Shown: one piece after another, positions 12,038 through 26,000 of the stretch
Layout: each line of letters starts with the position of its first letter
Position numbering within the stretch: position 1 is the stretch's first letter
NCBI RefSeq assembly: GCF_052425735.1
Contig: NC_135758.1
Location: 34,844,001 to 34,908,000 of the forward strand
From: Oculina patagonica
Lineage: Eukaryota
Direction of reading: 5' to 3'
Length of the DNA: 64,000 nt
Notes under the pieces: model-generated
The model's database searches: none
Told to the model about the DNA's origin: nothing
Seen by the model: the letters and a program-made list of their open reading frames with translations, nothing else
Made by a program: the position numbers and the translations under genes

Positions 12038-15000
12038 ATGAAAGTATTGTTGTATGTTGCGCTCTGTGCACTTCTTGTAAACAGCTGTATTTGTGCAGCT
12101 ACTACCGGCAAGGAACGGCCGAAGCCCCATCATGAAGATTTGACACTGTCGGAGAAAGAACACGAAGTACATGGAGAACACAACCCGGAGTACGACCACG
12201 AGGCCTTCCTGGGCGATATGAAAGACGAATACGACGATCTCTCACCAGAAGAAGCTGCTAAGCGCCTGAGAGTTTTAGTCAAGAAAGTGGATACCGACAA
12301 AGATGGGTATGTGACCGAAGAAGAGTTGACAAAATGGGTAAGAGATGTGTTCAGCAAACGCCTCGTGGAGGGAATCGATGAAGATGTGAAAGGAAAAGAC
12401 ACGGACGGTGACGGCAAGATAACCTGGGATGAATACTCAAAGGCCTCGTACGGACCGGAGGAGCTTGAAGATGGCACGGATGAAGAAACAAAACAAATGC
12501 TGCGAACGGACAAAAGACGATTCGACACAGCTGATAAAGACAAAGATGGAGCTCTATCCAAAGAGGAGTATGTGCACTTCATGCACCCAGAATCATCCAC
12601 AGAAATGGGAGATATCCACGTTTTGGAAACTATTGAAGGTTGGTAATTAGTTTCAAAAAAATTTAGGAAATTTGTTTGAAGAACTTTAAGTCTTTCTCAT
12701 CACACACGCGTGCTTTCATAGAAAATCACGTTAATTCCAAAACACGTTAGCTCTTGCTTCTCTTTGAGTACCGGTAATTATTAAACAGTTTTAATTAATT
12801 TTGGCTACACAATTTATGGCATTTATCTTTTTTTCGAACTTCGCAGTAAAACACTTCGCTTTCTCTCTCTCTCTTTACTCTAAAAACTTTCTGAAGTACA
12901 TTTTCTTGTTGTTAAGAACTTTCTAGGGAGCTTTGTTCTTTTTTTCCTTTAGAACGTTTGTTTAAACATTGAAGTCTTTGTCTCTCTTATGTTAATCAGG
13001 GAAATTGTGTTGGCATAATTTGTCTTTAAATGAAAAATAATATTTTCACGACACACAAAGTGAACATTGAAATCCACACAATAGATTATTGTTGTTTCCA
13101 TGGAGTGCCATTGGATAAAGAAATATGAAGAACAACGTGTAATCACTACCGTGAAAATAAGCAGAATCTGAAATGCTCATTTGGGAAACAAAGCCAAATA
13201 ACTTGGTCATCAAAAGCAGTCTCAAAGAGAACATCAAACGTACAATAATTGTATTTTGGGAACTTTGGAATGGTTATTATTCATTCTGTAAGAAAACAAA
13301 ACTTTTTAAAAATAGGCTACATGTAAATTTAAATCAATATTATCACTAGAAAAAGATAACCGTTTTTTTCCCCTGATACCTTGATGTAGGTTTAGGTTCC
13401 CTAGATATCAGGTGACTTGTGTATTTATACACTAAAAAATTGGGGAGATTGTTTCATATGCTCTTACTGTTCAATATTGATGAGAACCTGCATTTACTGG
13501 TACTTTTAAAACTCTTTAGTTGTAGCTCTTTCAAATAAAATATTTACTACATATTTTTTTTACTTGCAATAATAGAACCAAACAAGCCCATATTTGATCT
13601 TCTGTTTTAAAAGGGAATTTTTAAAACATGGAGGTTGGTCTTGACACCAGTCTCATCATCTTGATAGGACATTTAATTTGGACATAGCAAGGTGAAAAGA
13701 AATTAAAAACAAATAGAACACTTCCATGTTACCTTTTGACTTGGTGTGAAAACAAGTCTGTGTGTAAAACTATTCAAGTGAAAATGTGTTTCACCTGCAC
13801 ATTCATTTTCATGGAAATTAAGCTCATTTCCATATGAAAAGTTTTGAAACAGTGACAAAAGGCAATTTGGGGAAAGGCATATTAAAGCACTTGTTATTCA
13901 GAAATTCCTCGCATCAGTCACCTAAAACATTTTTTTTCTTTTTTGGGGTGGTTCAAACTTCATAATCATGTATTTGAAACATTGACATAGGCAAAAACAC
14001 TTTTTTTCTTGATATGAACTAAATGTATATATTAACAAAAGAGATTTGCTGGCACATACAAAGAAGAACAAAAGCACTGGTATGGACAACCAGAATCACT
14101 TTTGTTATAAAATATTGCAGAGGGAGGTGGATAAGTTATTTGTGATGGGGTTTGAACAAATTTAGCCAAATTAAGTAATAAAATCAATAAGTGAGCCAAA
14201 GAAATTTTTAGAAGTGAAATGCTCTTTGTGATAGGTTAATAAATTATTTATAAATCATGTTTGCTTGCAATAATTTTTCAATAATGATGTAAGTGACTAA
14301 ACATTTTTGTTTAGACCATGTTGTTCAACACTGTAGTACATGACTACCTTATTACATGAAATTTTTACGACACATTAATTTCGCGATTTTGAAGTGCGTA
14401 TATTTCGCGACACTTAAATTTAGCGATTTTGCGAAAAATTTTGTATTTTGAATCACTTTAATTTCGCGTTTTTGAGTAAGACACAATTTACATTTCCTTT
14501 AAAAAGGACTTCATTAATAAAAAATAAAGTCAAAAATATAAACAAAAAAAGCAAGGATGGGACTAAATCTCGGCAATAGCTACAACAGAGCAGTTAATGT
14601 CTACAAGTAGGTTATGCTTGTAAGTGCATGAGTCATTGTTCTTATTTCAATTGACGACAACATACATAATTTAGATTCATAATTCCTTCCTTTAGTGGCA
14701 CTAAACTTATTTGTCTTAATAATTGACATAATTTGTGTCACTTAATTTTCGCATCATGTAATGTTTGCGACACTTATTGTTCGCGTCACTTTAATTTCGC
14801 GACTTTTTTCGAATCGCGAAATTCGCAAAATTAACGTGTCGCAAAAATTTCATGTAATAAGGTACATACATAACGAACAAAATTGTTTTTTCCCTTTAGA
14901 TATTGATCGTAACAAAGATGGTTTCATCAGCTTGGATGAGTTCCTGGGAGACTACCGTGATCCTGATGACAAGGAAGCAGAGGAACCAGAGTGGGTGAAA

Positions 15001-16476
15001 GAGGAAACAAAAAGATTCAATGAGGAATACGACAAAAATCATGATGGCAAACTTGACAAGGACGAGGCAAGTTTGTTTCTCTCTGCTTCTATCTAAATCC
15101 AGATTTTGCAATAGAAAATTAGATTTCCTGTTCCATTTATGTATGCAATCTTAGATTGCAATCTGAACGATCCACCTCTAATGGTGGATCGTTCAGATTG
15201 GTTACTGGAACTGGTTTCAGACCCGGGGGGGGGGGGGTTTACTCAAAAAGTTTTGTACGGGGAGGCTCCGCCCGGAGTTCCAACCCCTTACCCTTTTATA
15301 TACCATTTTGATAGAAAAAGGTACCCCTTTTGTATACCTTTTATTGCAAAAAGGCACCCCTTTCATATACCTACACGACATCACATTTACCTAAAACGGG
15401 AAGTTTTCTTGTTATTTTTATGTAGCGCTTAATAAATTAAAACGATACAGCCAAAAGTTGCGTCTGCTCGAAATATATGATATAAAGGCCTTTTAAAATA
15501 ACATTATGGCAAATGTCCCTACCCTTTCATATACCTAAACTTGTGAAATCCCTACCCTTTTATATACCTGGAGCCTGAAAAAGGTACCCCTTTCGGACGG
15601 AGCCTCCCCGTATAGGCCATTATAGGTAGTACCCCCCCCCCACCCGGGGTTTCAGATTTTTGTTCCGTTCAAGTGAACTTGGTCAGGATCGTATTACATG
15701 GTCAGTCAGCTTAGCCCCTTGTTGTGGCTCAATCTTTTTTTAGATTTTTGTTCCAGCTAACATGATGATTCAAACAATCTGAATGAACTAGATCCGAAAA
15801 ATGGATTGGTTCAAAAAAACGCTACCAAACTATTTTGTGGTTTGGACTTGGAGGATTAATTTAATGTAGCAATATTTTTTGAGCCTGTTGATGAAATCCT
15901 GATATGTGATCATTCAACTGAAAGCTGTCGAGCAGAGAACCCAACATAAAAAATGGAAATCTGGGAGATATATACCAATTTTGCATTAATAGGGTACTCT
16001 TCCCAGCTTTGCTGATTCATCCACAAGAATGTAACATGTCAAATATCTTAAAATTTTCCCAAAACTGACCAAAATAAGCATGAAAAAACAAGAATTTCAA
16101 GTACTTTCGCTCATACCCTGGAGGTCTGGTGACCCATACCATCAAGATCACTAGAGTGGTAAAACCGCCGTTAGGAATTTGACCCTGCGGCGGCAGAATT
16201 TGATCATGTGATTGAAAAAATTGCAGGGGACACCTCTTATTCATCGAGAAAGACAACTAAAATCTCCATGATTTTCGGAAACTCTCTGCTGCAAAACAGC
16301 ATGGAACGCACTTTAAAATTAAACGAAACCTGCTTTTCCTCAAGGTTGAATACATCTCATGAGTTTTTGTCGACCCTGTTGCCTCAATATGGTCATTATT
16401 GTTCATACAAATTATGGAAAAACGATGTTTACATGGCCATGGAGGGAGGTTATAAGTTTATTTTTTTTTTGTGTTT

Positions 16477-16508
<32 letters not shown>

Positions 16509-16899
16509 GGCTTTCTGGCGGTTGATCACGTGATCAGAATTGTGCCGCTGCCAGTTCCAATTCCTAACGGTGGTTTTACCACTCAAGTGATTTTGATAGT
16601 AAGGAAGACCAGGAGATTCCATCTGTATTGGGAAGGTTCCCAGATACTCCAGGAGTGTTGGCATAGATGAAGGAGTGATTCTAATTTTGTAATCATTATT
16701 TTGATAGGTGAAGCTTTGGATTCTTCCTGAAACTGATCACATGATGGCTCAAGAAGAAGCACGGCATCTGGTGTCAACAGCAGATGCAAACAAAGATGGC
16801 AAACTGAGTGAGGATGAAATTGTGGATAACCACGAAACGTTTGTTGGCAGTGAAGCTACAGACTATGGTCGGGCTTTACCAAAGCATGAAGAGCTTTGA
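12038..16899 (+). CDS. CALU: Calumenin/reticulocalbin (CREC family) EF-hand protein 1, ~319 aa; exons 12038-12638, 14900-15066, 16708-16899
   Basis: Signal peptide, YDHEAFLG motif, multiple EF-hands (DTDKDG, DTDGDG, DKDKDG, DRNKDG, DKNHDG, DANKDG), FVGSEATDYG, C-terminal HEEL. Exons sum to 960 nt if intron 2 uses a GC donor. Confidence 0.93.
14345..14864. mobile_element. MITE with ~30-bp TIRs, TA-flanked (Tc1/mariner-like), in calumenin-1 intron 1
   Basis: TACCTTATTACATGAAATTTTTACGACAC ... GTGTCGCAAAAATTTCATGTAATAAGGTA; internal TTAATTTCGCGA repeats. Confidence 0.85.
15222..15648. mobile_element. MITE with CCCGGG termini and perfect 8-bp TSD (hAT/P-like)
   Basis: GTTTCAGA|CCCGGGGG ... CCCGGG|GTTTCAGA; subterminal TACGGGGAGGCTCCG / GGAGCCTCCCCGTA inverted repeats. 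Degenerate relative at ~56842-57080. Confidence 0.85.
16120..16615. mobile_element. Foldback/MITE-like element with ~95-bp imperfect inverted repeats
   Basis: ATCAAGATCACTAGAGTGGTAAAACCGCCGTTAGGAATT (16141) versus AATTCCTAACGGTGGTTTTACCACTCAAGTGATTTTGAT (16559). Confidence 0.7.
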
Positions 16900-19619
16900 G
16901 TGTTCGTTATGGTTGTGGTACTTGTTAAAGGAAGGATTTAGGTCTTGATGAAAGTACCCTTCCTGCAGAGACATGTTAGTTTACAAAAACTAAGTTCTAA
17001 GGACCTTCGAGCTTTCACTAGCCTTCAATCTAGACAATTGCGTGACATGCGCAACCATCTTTTTTTTATTAGATCAAGTGGGCGAGTTGACAATTGTTTA
17101 CTTTGGAGGCTATTTTTGTCATGCCTGTTTTATTTACTGGGTGTAGTTTAGAATACAAAAGTGTTACATTATTATTCAAGCAGTTTATATGCCCTTTGCA
17201 AGGAGAGATTGGCTGCTTTTGCCATTTTTTAAAATTATTATCATAAACTATTAAAACTATTAAAGAATGAGAGGGAAATACATTTGTCAGAGATGATTTG
17301 CGGGAGAACTATTACAGAGAATTTAATCAATAAAACTGTTTTAAAGATTTTATTTAAAACTTGTGTCGTAACTTTGTACCTGAGCCCCCTCCCCTAGGGC
17401 AATAATGAAACTACCAAGAAACGATTCTTTTTTTTTCTCTTTTGTTACCCATTCTACCTACTTAAAAAATGGTAATAGGGCTGAAAAGAGTCCAATTTGG
17501 TCTGAAATCCCACGAGTGATTTACAAATTCAGACGACCGCGTAGCAGGAGTCCAGTAATTTTGTTTAATCAATAGTATGTTCACAGACAATTTGATGACA
17601 CGAAGTTCTATTACCAATTGATCATAACTATAACAAAATTCATGGAAAAACTTCAGACAAATTGAATCCTTTTAACGACTTATGACCTCTGATAAAATTT
17701 GTTGGGACAACGCCGTTTCTAGAAGGTTTTGGGTATATCGATAAGGAGTTTCACTCACAAGAAGGAACGAAATAAAGAAACGCTGTTATCTGACACCGCT
17801 TCGTTAGACTATCGGACACCTTGTTATTGTAATTGAGCCTATTTGACACTTCAGCTAACTACCCTTTAATTTGGTGAAAAATAGGGCATGCTAAGAACCA
17901 ATCAGATTCGAGATATTTGCTACAGTTATGATTAATAATAGTAATAGGACTGAGTGGAGTCCAATTCGGTCTGTAATCATACGAGTCATAGTAGATTTAC
18001 AAAATCGGACGACTCCTCCCCAATTCCCTCGCGAGTTCGCAGCTCGACTCCGCCGGTCTTCCCCGCCGTACGCCAACAAAGCTACCGTTCGCCGGGCCGT
18101 GAATCCCGCCAGCCACGCAGGCTAGCGCTCTTATAATTTGCCGTGCAGTTGTAGATGTCCTGTTTTACTAGTAACCAACTACAACGGACAACTAATCAAG
18201 AAAGAAAGGGTGGAAATCGACGCACAAAATGCAACAGGTGGATTTGCTCCCAGCCCGCGCCCGGAAAACGCGTGATTAATATCACGCAATGTCAAGCAGC
18301 CACTACACTTAAACGAGATAAAAATAGCGGTTTGACCATTTATACGTTTTAAAAGCAAACAGTTTCTGTTTTGCAGTTTATATTTGAAAAAAATAAGGCT
18401 AAATTACCCGAAAACTATGTTCGCTGAATCATGCGTTGCGAAAGAAAATCTCTTTTCTAGCTTAAAAGAAATGTTCTGAAATATATACCTTTCATAGCAT
18501 TAACTGGTAAAATAATTTCTTTGACTTTTTTGAAACTGGTAAACTCGGGACTCATCATCGATCATCAATTTGGTCTTTAAAAGAATATAAAAAGTAAAGA
18601 AACTCAAAACCATTAACCTGTGTATCAGGCTGAACTATAGCTCAAAATTTCAAAAAGTTATCAATAGCTAGTTTCTCCTTACAAGTCAATATCAATACAT
18701 TTTAAGGCAGACAGGCTGTGAGAATAAGATAATTCATCAACAAGAGGCTACTGTCTTGATGTATGAAGAGTAAGGAGAATTTAAAAATTTGGTAAGCTCG
18801 GCGGTAAGATAAGCGAGTGAGTGAGAACTGAGAAAATTTGCTTTACATGTTGTTCTTTTATACAGCTGTGTTAACAGAGATCAAGAAAAGATATTTTATG
18901 AGAAAAATCAGGCTTCTAATGAGATAGGATTTCTTCTGTCAATGAAACTGATGCAAAAGTAAGAAATAAAGAAATAAAACCTACATATAGTATTGGAAGG
19001 GATTGCTGAACTGAACTGCCACCCTCGGCTGAACAGTGATTCCGACTGTCTCCGCCCCTGTCTGAAGAAAATTCATGCTATCAGTATGGCTGAAAGTGAA
19101 GCCGCAAAGATATTCTATGATTACTTGAATAAATATAGATCAACAAAGGTAAAAATGTGGCCAAGAAATTGTTACGTTCTCTAGCTATACCATGATTCGC
19201 GCTTCGGCTTTGAGAAACCTCACTAAACATTTTTACCCAGATCGTGACCCAGTTACGATTAACAGTAAAGATTTGACACGTCATTGGTTCAAGGCTTAGT
19301 AATTAGTCATGTATCTAAGCTGCGAATCTAACTGTTTATTCATAAACTGTAACAAAGTCATAATTAAAAATACGTAATGCTTTGATTGCACAGCTGTGAT
19401 GAACTGAACTCATGGCATGAACTGATTGGTTTTATCAAAGCCCCAATAGCATTTTACCTCGTAAATTTAAACATTGATTTAAAAAAGCCGCAAGAGATTT
19501 CTCTACAATTCCCGATAGAGTATTCAAGAGCTTTAGTTTCTTTCAGCTCACTACGACGTTAAAATCTTCAATCCAAGACCTCAAAATTCACTTGTTACTC
19601 GCTAATTATCTGATGAACA

Positions 19620-21943
19620 ATGCAAGCTTTTAATATCGCGTTATTATCCGTTATAGCATTTTCTGCGTTGTTAAGTTTAAATTCCCGTGTTTTCGCCACG
19701 GTTGAACCGCACAAAGATAATTTTCACAAGCACGAACATTTCGGCGCAAATCAAGAACACGACGTCAGATATGACCACGAAGCTTTCTTAGGTCCTGAGG
19801 CCGAGGAATTTGAGCACTTGACGCCTGAAGAATCCAAGAAAAGACTTCGAGTTATTGTGACCAAAATGATCGATACCAACAAAGACGGCCTGGTCTCGTA
19901 TGAAGAGCTGTCCGTGTGGATCGAGAAACAGAGGAAGGCATTCATGTATGAAGACGTGGACAAAAGGATCGCGGACGAAGACAAAGATGGCGATGGGGAG
20001 ATTTCTTGGGAAGAATATAAAAGAGCGCGGTTTGGAGAATGGGATAACACTAACCTCCCAAAAGACCATGTGAGTCAGTTTTTAAAAAGCTTGTTTCTTT
20101 AAATCCTATCTCGTCCCAATTTTTCTATTCCGAGTGTATTCGGTATTAATATGTGGTTTGTCTTAATGCAACAAAAGGAATTTTAGTCTATCCTTGGCTA
20201 TTCTTTGGTGACGTTCAGTTAATTAATAGATCCATGCTAATAGTTTTCCTTAGTCCTTTTGACTGCTTTTGCTTGTTGTTTGCTATAGCAGACCGATAAA
20301 AGTACAACACGTCAATTTTATGCCAAAGAAACCCAGCCATGGATACGTCGTAGTGAAAATACGAGGAAAACTCCTCGCGAGGAACGCGCGCGGTCATGAT
20401 CCCAATCAAAAGAAAGATTGTGCGAATAGAAAGAAAAATCAACATTTCGAAGAAAAATTAATTGTATAAATCACAAATTTTTTTTTTAATTTTATTTCGA
20501 AATCAACAGAATCTGCGCCGTCAAATACGTAAAGCAGAGTACAAGTTCAATATGGCGGATGCAGACAAAAATGGCAAAATGAACCGAGACGAGTACGTGG
20601 ACTTTGAACATCCTGAGGAAAACAAAAAGATGGAAGAAATTGCCTTAGATGAAGTCATTGAAGACGTGGATCAAAATGGAGACGGGTAAGGCAAATGACA
20701 CTGATTTACAGGTATTTTCTCATTACGATATTAATGCATTTATAAGCAAACAGGTGATAAGAATAAAAAAAGATTCGAAAGTGAACATCATCCTCATACA
20801 TCTAATGTTTCTAAAAGAAATGTATACCTTATTCTTACTAATTTTCGCGCGATTTCGCGAAATTCGGGAGCCGAATTTCGCGAGTACAATTTTCGCGAGA
20901 AGAAATTGTAGAAGTGTATAATTTCGCGATTGTAGTGTGGAGAAGTCAGATAAGGAACACTGGTCCTGGCATGTGGGGAGCGATGTGAGGAAGAGGTTGC
21001 CAGGGGAGTAGTGGAAGGGACAGTGAGAGGGGTTGTGGAGGTGATGTCGGGGTGTCGTGGGATTTTTTGAATCGCGAAAATAGTAAGAATAAGGTAACTG
21101 CAATACGTAGGGTGAATTAACATTTTGATCTTAGGACAAAAAGGGTGAAAATTCGAAAGGGCCATGCTACTTACTAACTTTTTTTTACTTTCGGCTGCCC
21201 ACCACCGGAAGTAAAAAAAGCGATAAGAGGTTTCGATTAGACGAGATCTTGTACAATCATCTTTCAATATACGAGTTAATAACTAAGTGACTCTCCACTA
21301 ATCTCGTTTGGCACGAGAAACAAAGGGCTTTTGGGGACAGGATTCTGAGTTAAGTTGAATTTATTTTGAATAGCTGTTTACCGAGAACATAAACTGTTAA
21401 AACACCCTTGATTAGCTTTGGAAGTCAAAAACGCTACCACTCTCCCACACAGTATAGAAACATCACGACTGCACACATGAAGACTGGAAGTCCCAAAATA
21501 TAGGACTGGAAATCCTTTGATTCCAGAGTCCTTCGTTTCTCGTGCCAAGTTTCCACCGAAAGGGTCTATGGGGACGAAAATGAGTGAGCTCACAAGCGAT
21601 AACTACTTTATATTTTAGGGTCATCACGGTTGGTGAATTTCTTGGCCAGTACCATGACGAAACCGACCCACCAGCCTGGGTAAAGCGCCAGCGACAAGAA
21701 TTCCACAAAAGATTCGACAAAAACGGCGACGGCAAAATGGACCGCGAGGAGGCGAGGCAATGGGTTCTACCAGAAAACCTCGACACCCACGACGAAACAG
21801 CACATCTGATTGACGGTACAGACGAGAATGCTGATGGGTTTCTGTCTGTTGATGAGATTATACTGCACTGGAATTTGTTTGTGGGAAGCCAAGCTACTGA
21901 TCATGGCCGCACTTTGAGAAAAGTCCGACACTCCGAACTCTAG
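19620..21943 (+). CDS. CALU: Calumenin/reticulocalbin (CREC family) EF-hand protein 2, ~316 aa; exons 19620-20069, 20510-20685, 21619-21943
   Basis: Signal peptide, YDHEAFLG, six EF-hand-like loops, FVGSQATDHG, C-terminal HSEL. GT-AG introns keep the frame (951 nt). Confidence 0.92.
20825..21096. mobile_element. MITE related to 14345-14864, in calumenin-2 intron 2
   Basis: TIRs TACCTTATTCTTACTA / TAGTAAGAATAAGGTA; internal ATTTCGCGA repeats; purine-rich core. Confidence 0.75.
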
Positions 21944-23063
21944 TCTAATAGATATATTTATTTCGTAGTATAGATCTATTTCAATTTACAGTTCGACACG
22001 GCTATTTTATCGCTACCAAAATCGTTACAATATTTGTTTTTCAAGTAAATACAATACGTATTAATTTTAACATAAGCTAAGACTGCTTTCTTTTACGATC
22101 CTGGGGTTAGGCTGGAGTTAGGATATTTTTTCGTTCTCTTGAAAGCGAGCACCGGTAGGCTGTGCACTGTATGATATCGTTCATAAGGAAACAAACCTTT
22201 TTCAGGACACTTGTTTAATTTGGAAGTCTTCCTTTGTATACCGCTTGCAAGTAAATAGTTTTAGAGTATAACATTTTTGTTACGGCTGGGAAACTGTCTT
22301 CTATTATCTTGGGTTAATACTGCCACTTAGGAATCTTTTAATAGTAAAGAATTTCATTATTTCATTAATTAAACATTGTAGCCTTTCGACTTTGGAATTT
22401 TTTTTTTTGTCAAATAAAGCTTTAAACGACTTCAGATAGAGAATTTTTTGCATTTACTGATTTTCTCCCTGTGTTCCCCAGCTATCAACATCAGTATTAT
22501 CACGAGTGTGGCTGTACTAAGTCTCGTCTATAAAGTAAAGGTACCTTCACAAAGATGGGTTCGTGGAGATCTGGAACAAAAATAGTTTCTACGATATCCC
22601 ACACTCCTCATTCCCAGAGCCATTAAAAGGACCTTTCTCGCTCGGAAATTGGCTGAGCCTGCGGGCGGTGTTACTGAAACAAATACGTTGGTTACTAACA
22701 GGTGGAGCATGCTGACGTGATAATTTACGCAATGCTGGCGAATGCTTTTCTGTGTTCTGATTGGGCAAAAAAATCACATACACTAGGATCGAAAATTTGA
22801 CGACACTTTTCGACACGGGCGGGACTGTCCAAGGGGGGGGGGGGGGGGGGTTAAGTAATGAGCAAAATAAAATACAGAACAAAATTGTTCAAACTCACAC
22901 TTTGGTCATTTTTATTTCTTTTTAAATAACGAATAGGGTCTGACATTCGTTAAAAGTATTTACAATAAACATTATTCAACTTTTTGTTTATAAATAAACA
23001 GTTCGCATAGCAACTGTAATGGAGGAAAACAAACACACTCTAATTACAAAGGACCGATTTTTG

Positions 23064-26000
23064 TTATCCATGATCTTCAATCTGCGACAAGAACAACTGT
23101 CGGACCTTATGTCGCTTGTGCATGGCAATATCATCAAACCGCTGAGCATAAATCCTGTAGATCTCGTTGCGCCTCTCTCTGGTGTCGTTGGTTGACAGCC
23201 TTGGCTCCTCCTCCACGGGCTGCCGGTTGCAAGACGGTGTCATGCCGGCCAGCACCTTCACTTTTCCCGCCTTTTGCGCGGTTCGCTTTTTTTCTGAAGG
23301 CTTGCTCTGAGTCTTGCCGCCAATTACTGGAAGTTTTGAACCGGGAGCAGACTAGGACAGTAAAAAAAGGAAATGTTAACAACTGTTTGCGTTTGTTTAA
23401 GTTACAAAGTAAAAAATTACATAAAAACTTAATCACAGGTTTACGTTCGCTTTATAGCTCTGAACGCGACAATTGAAAGCGGTTTATATTTCTTTTGTAC
23501 ATTGGGCTATCATCAAACTTGTTGTCGTTGTTGTTGTACTATTTACTGTCAGCAAAACAAAAACGTGCAATGCCGGGTTAATGCGCACATTGTTCATAAG
23601 TCAAAAGTGCATAACGGACCCTTTTTAGAACCCTTTTTAGAAGCTCACTCAAACAGTGGACAGCGTCTTTCGCGCGCGCTGATTGGCTACTCAAACTGGA
23701 TATCCTTTTTTATTATTCAACACATGCGCGCGCTGCCATATATGGTCAATTTTATTTTTCTTTTCGTATATATTCTTTTGTTTAATTTGTTATTTTACTT
23801 TATATTTTTTTTTTTTTTATTTTTTTTTTTTATTTTTTTTTATAAAAAAAAAATTTTTTTTTTATTTTTTTTTCCCCCCCCCCCTATTTCCAAAATTCAC
23901 CTCCGAGCAACTCGCGCGCGAAAACTGTACTCGTTAACGGAATAAACTAGTCAAAAGTCTTCCTTTCGGGCTTTATTATCTCATTGTTTAAGTATATACT
24001 AAACAACTATTCACCTCAGTGTCGGTGGCTAGTTGTGGACATTTACCTCGCCACCTCCACTTTGGTGAATAGTTGTTAACTAAACACCCACAACGACGAG
24101 TACGCCATAATCTTTGCACGTTGTTCAAAGCTTACTATATCATGTAGAAGGGAAGATGACATAACATTAGCATTTTTACCTGGGCCCGGAGTAACTGAGC
24201 GTGCCAGTAATTCGATCTTGTCACATGACCAGCGAACTCCTTATTGATTCCTTCCAATCTGTAAAAACGTTTTACAGAAATAAATTATTTAATGTTAAAA
24301 AAAAATCGTTGTGACAATTGCATTTACGAGCATCATTTAGTAACTAAAAGCCATGGAAACTTACTCTCTAGCAAGACCCATCTTTAAGTCATTCTCGCTG
24401 CTGTTAGCCTTAGTTGACATCCACGGCGTCTCCATTACGATCTACAACAAAAACAATTAGTCTTTAACTTTACAGTAGTCTGTGAACTGGCTTCTTAGTG
24501 GGGTGGTGTAGGGCGGGTTTAATATGTTTCCAGCTAAACGGGCAAGTTAAAGGGATAGTATGACTTCTCCTAGCAGTTAAACTCGTTCACAGGGTCTTTA
24601 ATCACAACCCCCCCCCCCCCTCCCCAGTCGACATAACATTAGCATCGTTCTACATTTTTTTAAACAACTGATGCTCCGTAGACATATAAATCTATGAGCA
24701 AACTGAATTACTGGCTACCAATACAACACTGACCTGTTTAGAGGGGGTGAGCTGGGGCGAGAGAGAAGCTAGTTTGACAGGTAGCCCATCTGAAGATCGA
24801 GCCTGAAACAAAAAACACAAGAGTATGGTTAGCCGGGTGCAGAATATGAAAAATAAATTTTTTTTTTGCATGAGTATGGCGGAAAGGAAATACAACTTTA
24901 TTTCCTAGGACAAGCATAAATCAAAGGAGGAATCGTAATTGTCATGATGCGAACAACTGACATACTGAAAACATCTCATGTGACAAGAGTGTGCGTATGC
25001 TATTATTATCCTACTTTAGAACTTCTACGGTCTTTTGTGCGGAAACACACGAAGAGGATTGAAGTGAAGAATTAGAACTTCTTCTTCAAGTGACGTCACG
25101 TAGCTCCTTCCACACTTATGCGTTTTCGCTTATCGTCCACACTACGAGCGAAAACGCTCGTGGATAACGTATTAGTGTGTACGGGGCTAGAAACACCTTT
25201 TTGACTCGCTTTGTACGACGTCAGTTTACAATCCTTTTACAGGCCCTGAGTGACTTCAAATCAACGTGCAATTTTTCCTTTCTGGGTTGCATTCTTTTTT
25301 TTTACGTTATATATATCATCAGTTGGAAGAATTATTTATTCATGAACTAGAGTAGTTTTTGTCAAAATCAGTAAATAACATCAATGATTTTACCTCACGA
25401 AGGGAAGAAGGTGTCCTTGTTTTTCCTTTCTCGATGTAATCTATGAAAGAGAGACAGAAAAATAGCAAATAAGATTTCTCTAACCTTTTCTCTGGTGCTA
25501 GACGGTGATTTCCTAACTTACCAAGCATGGTTGAGACAACGACCAACGTGGATTTAAGTAGGATCTGGTTCCCCTCAGTCTTGTTAAACAGCAATGACTG
25601 CCCTACTTCATAGAAACCCAGAGAGGCAAGAAAGCGCTGAAGTTCAGGGCTGTACCACAATGAACGAAGAACAAAGTCACTCGTCTTCATTATCCGCTCG
25701 GGATAACGACTACTGAGGCTTAGCTGAAAGGGACAGAGAAACGCATAATTAACATGATTATATGCTGTTGTTATTAATTAGTATAATGTGGGGGGGTATG
25801 CCACGAGGAGGGGAGAGGAAAGGAGCGGTATTTGCGTCCTATGGCCGAATACGGCGGTGGCCTAATGGTTAGTGCGTGGGCCCAGAGCACGGGGTCGTCA
25901 TGTTGTGGTCTTGGGCAAGCATTTCAATCTCATATTTCCTCTCTCCCGCGAAGATATTAAAAGCTACAAGCATGTTGTTGTAGAAACCGGCTGGAAAAAT

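Noticed and set aside
12130-12600. Long antisense ORFs over calumenin, TTC28-like and other exons
   Set aside because: Shadow ORFs caused by codon bias of the sense genes.
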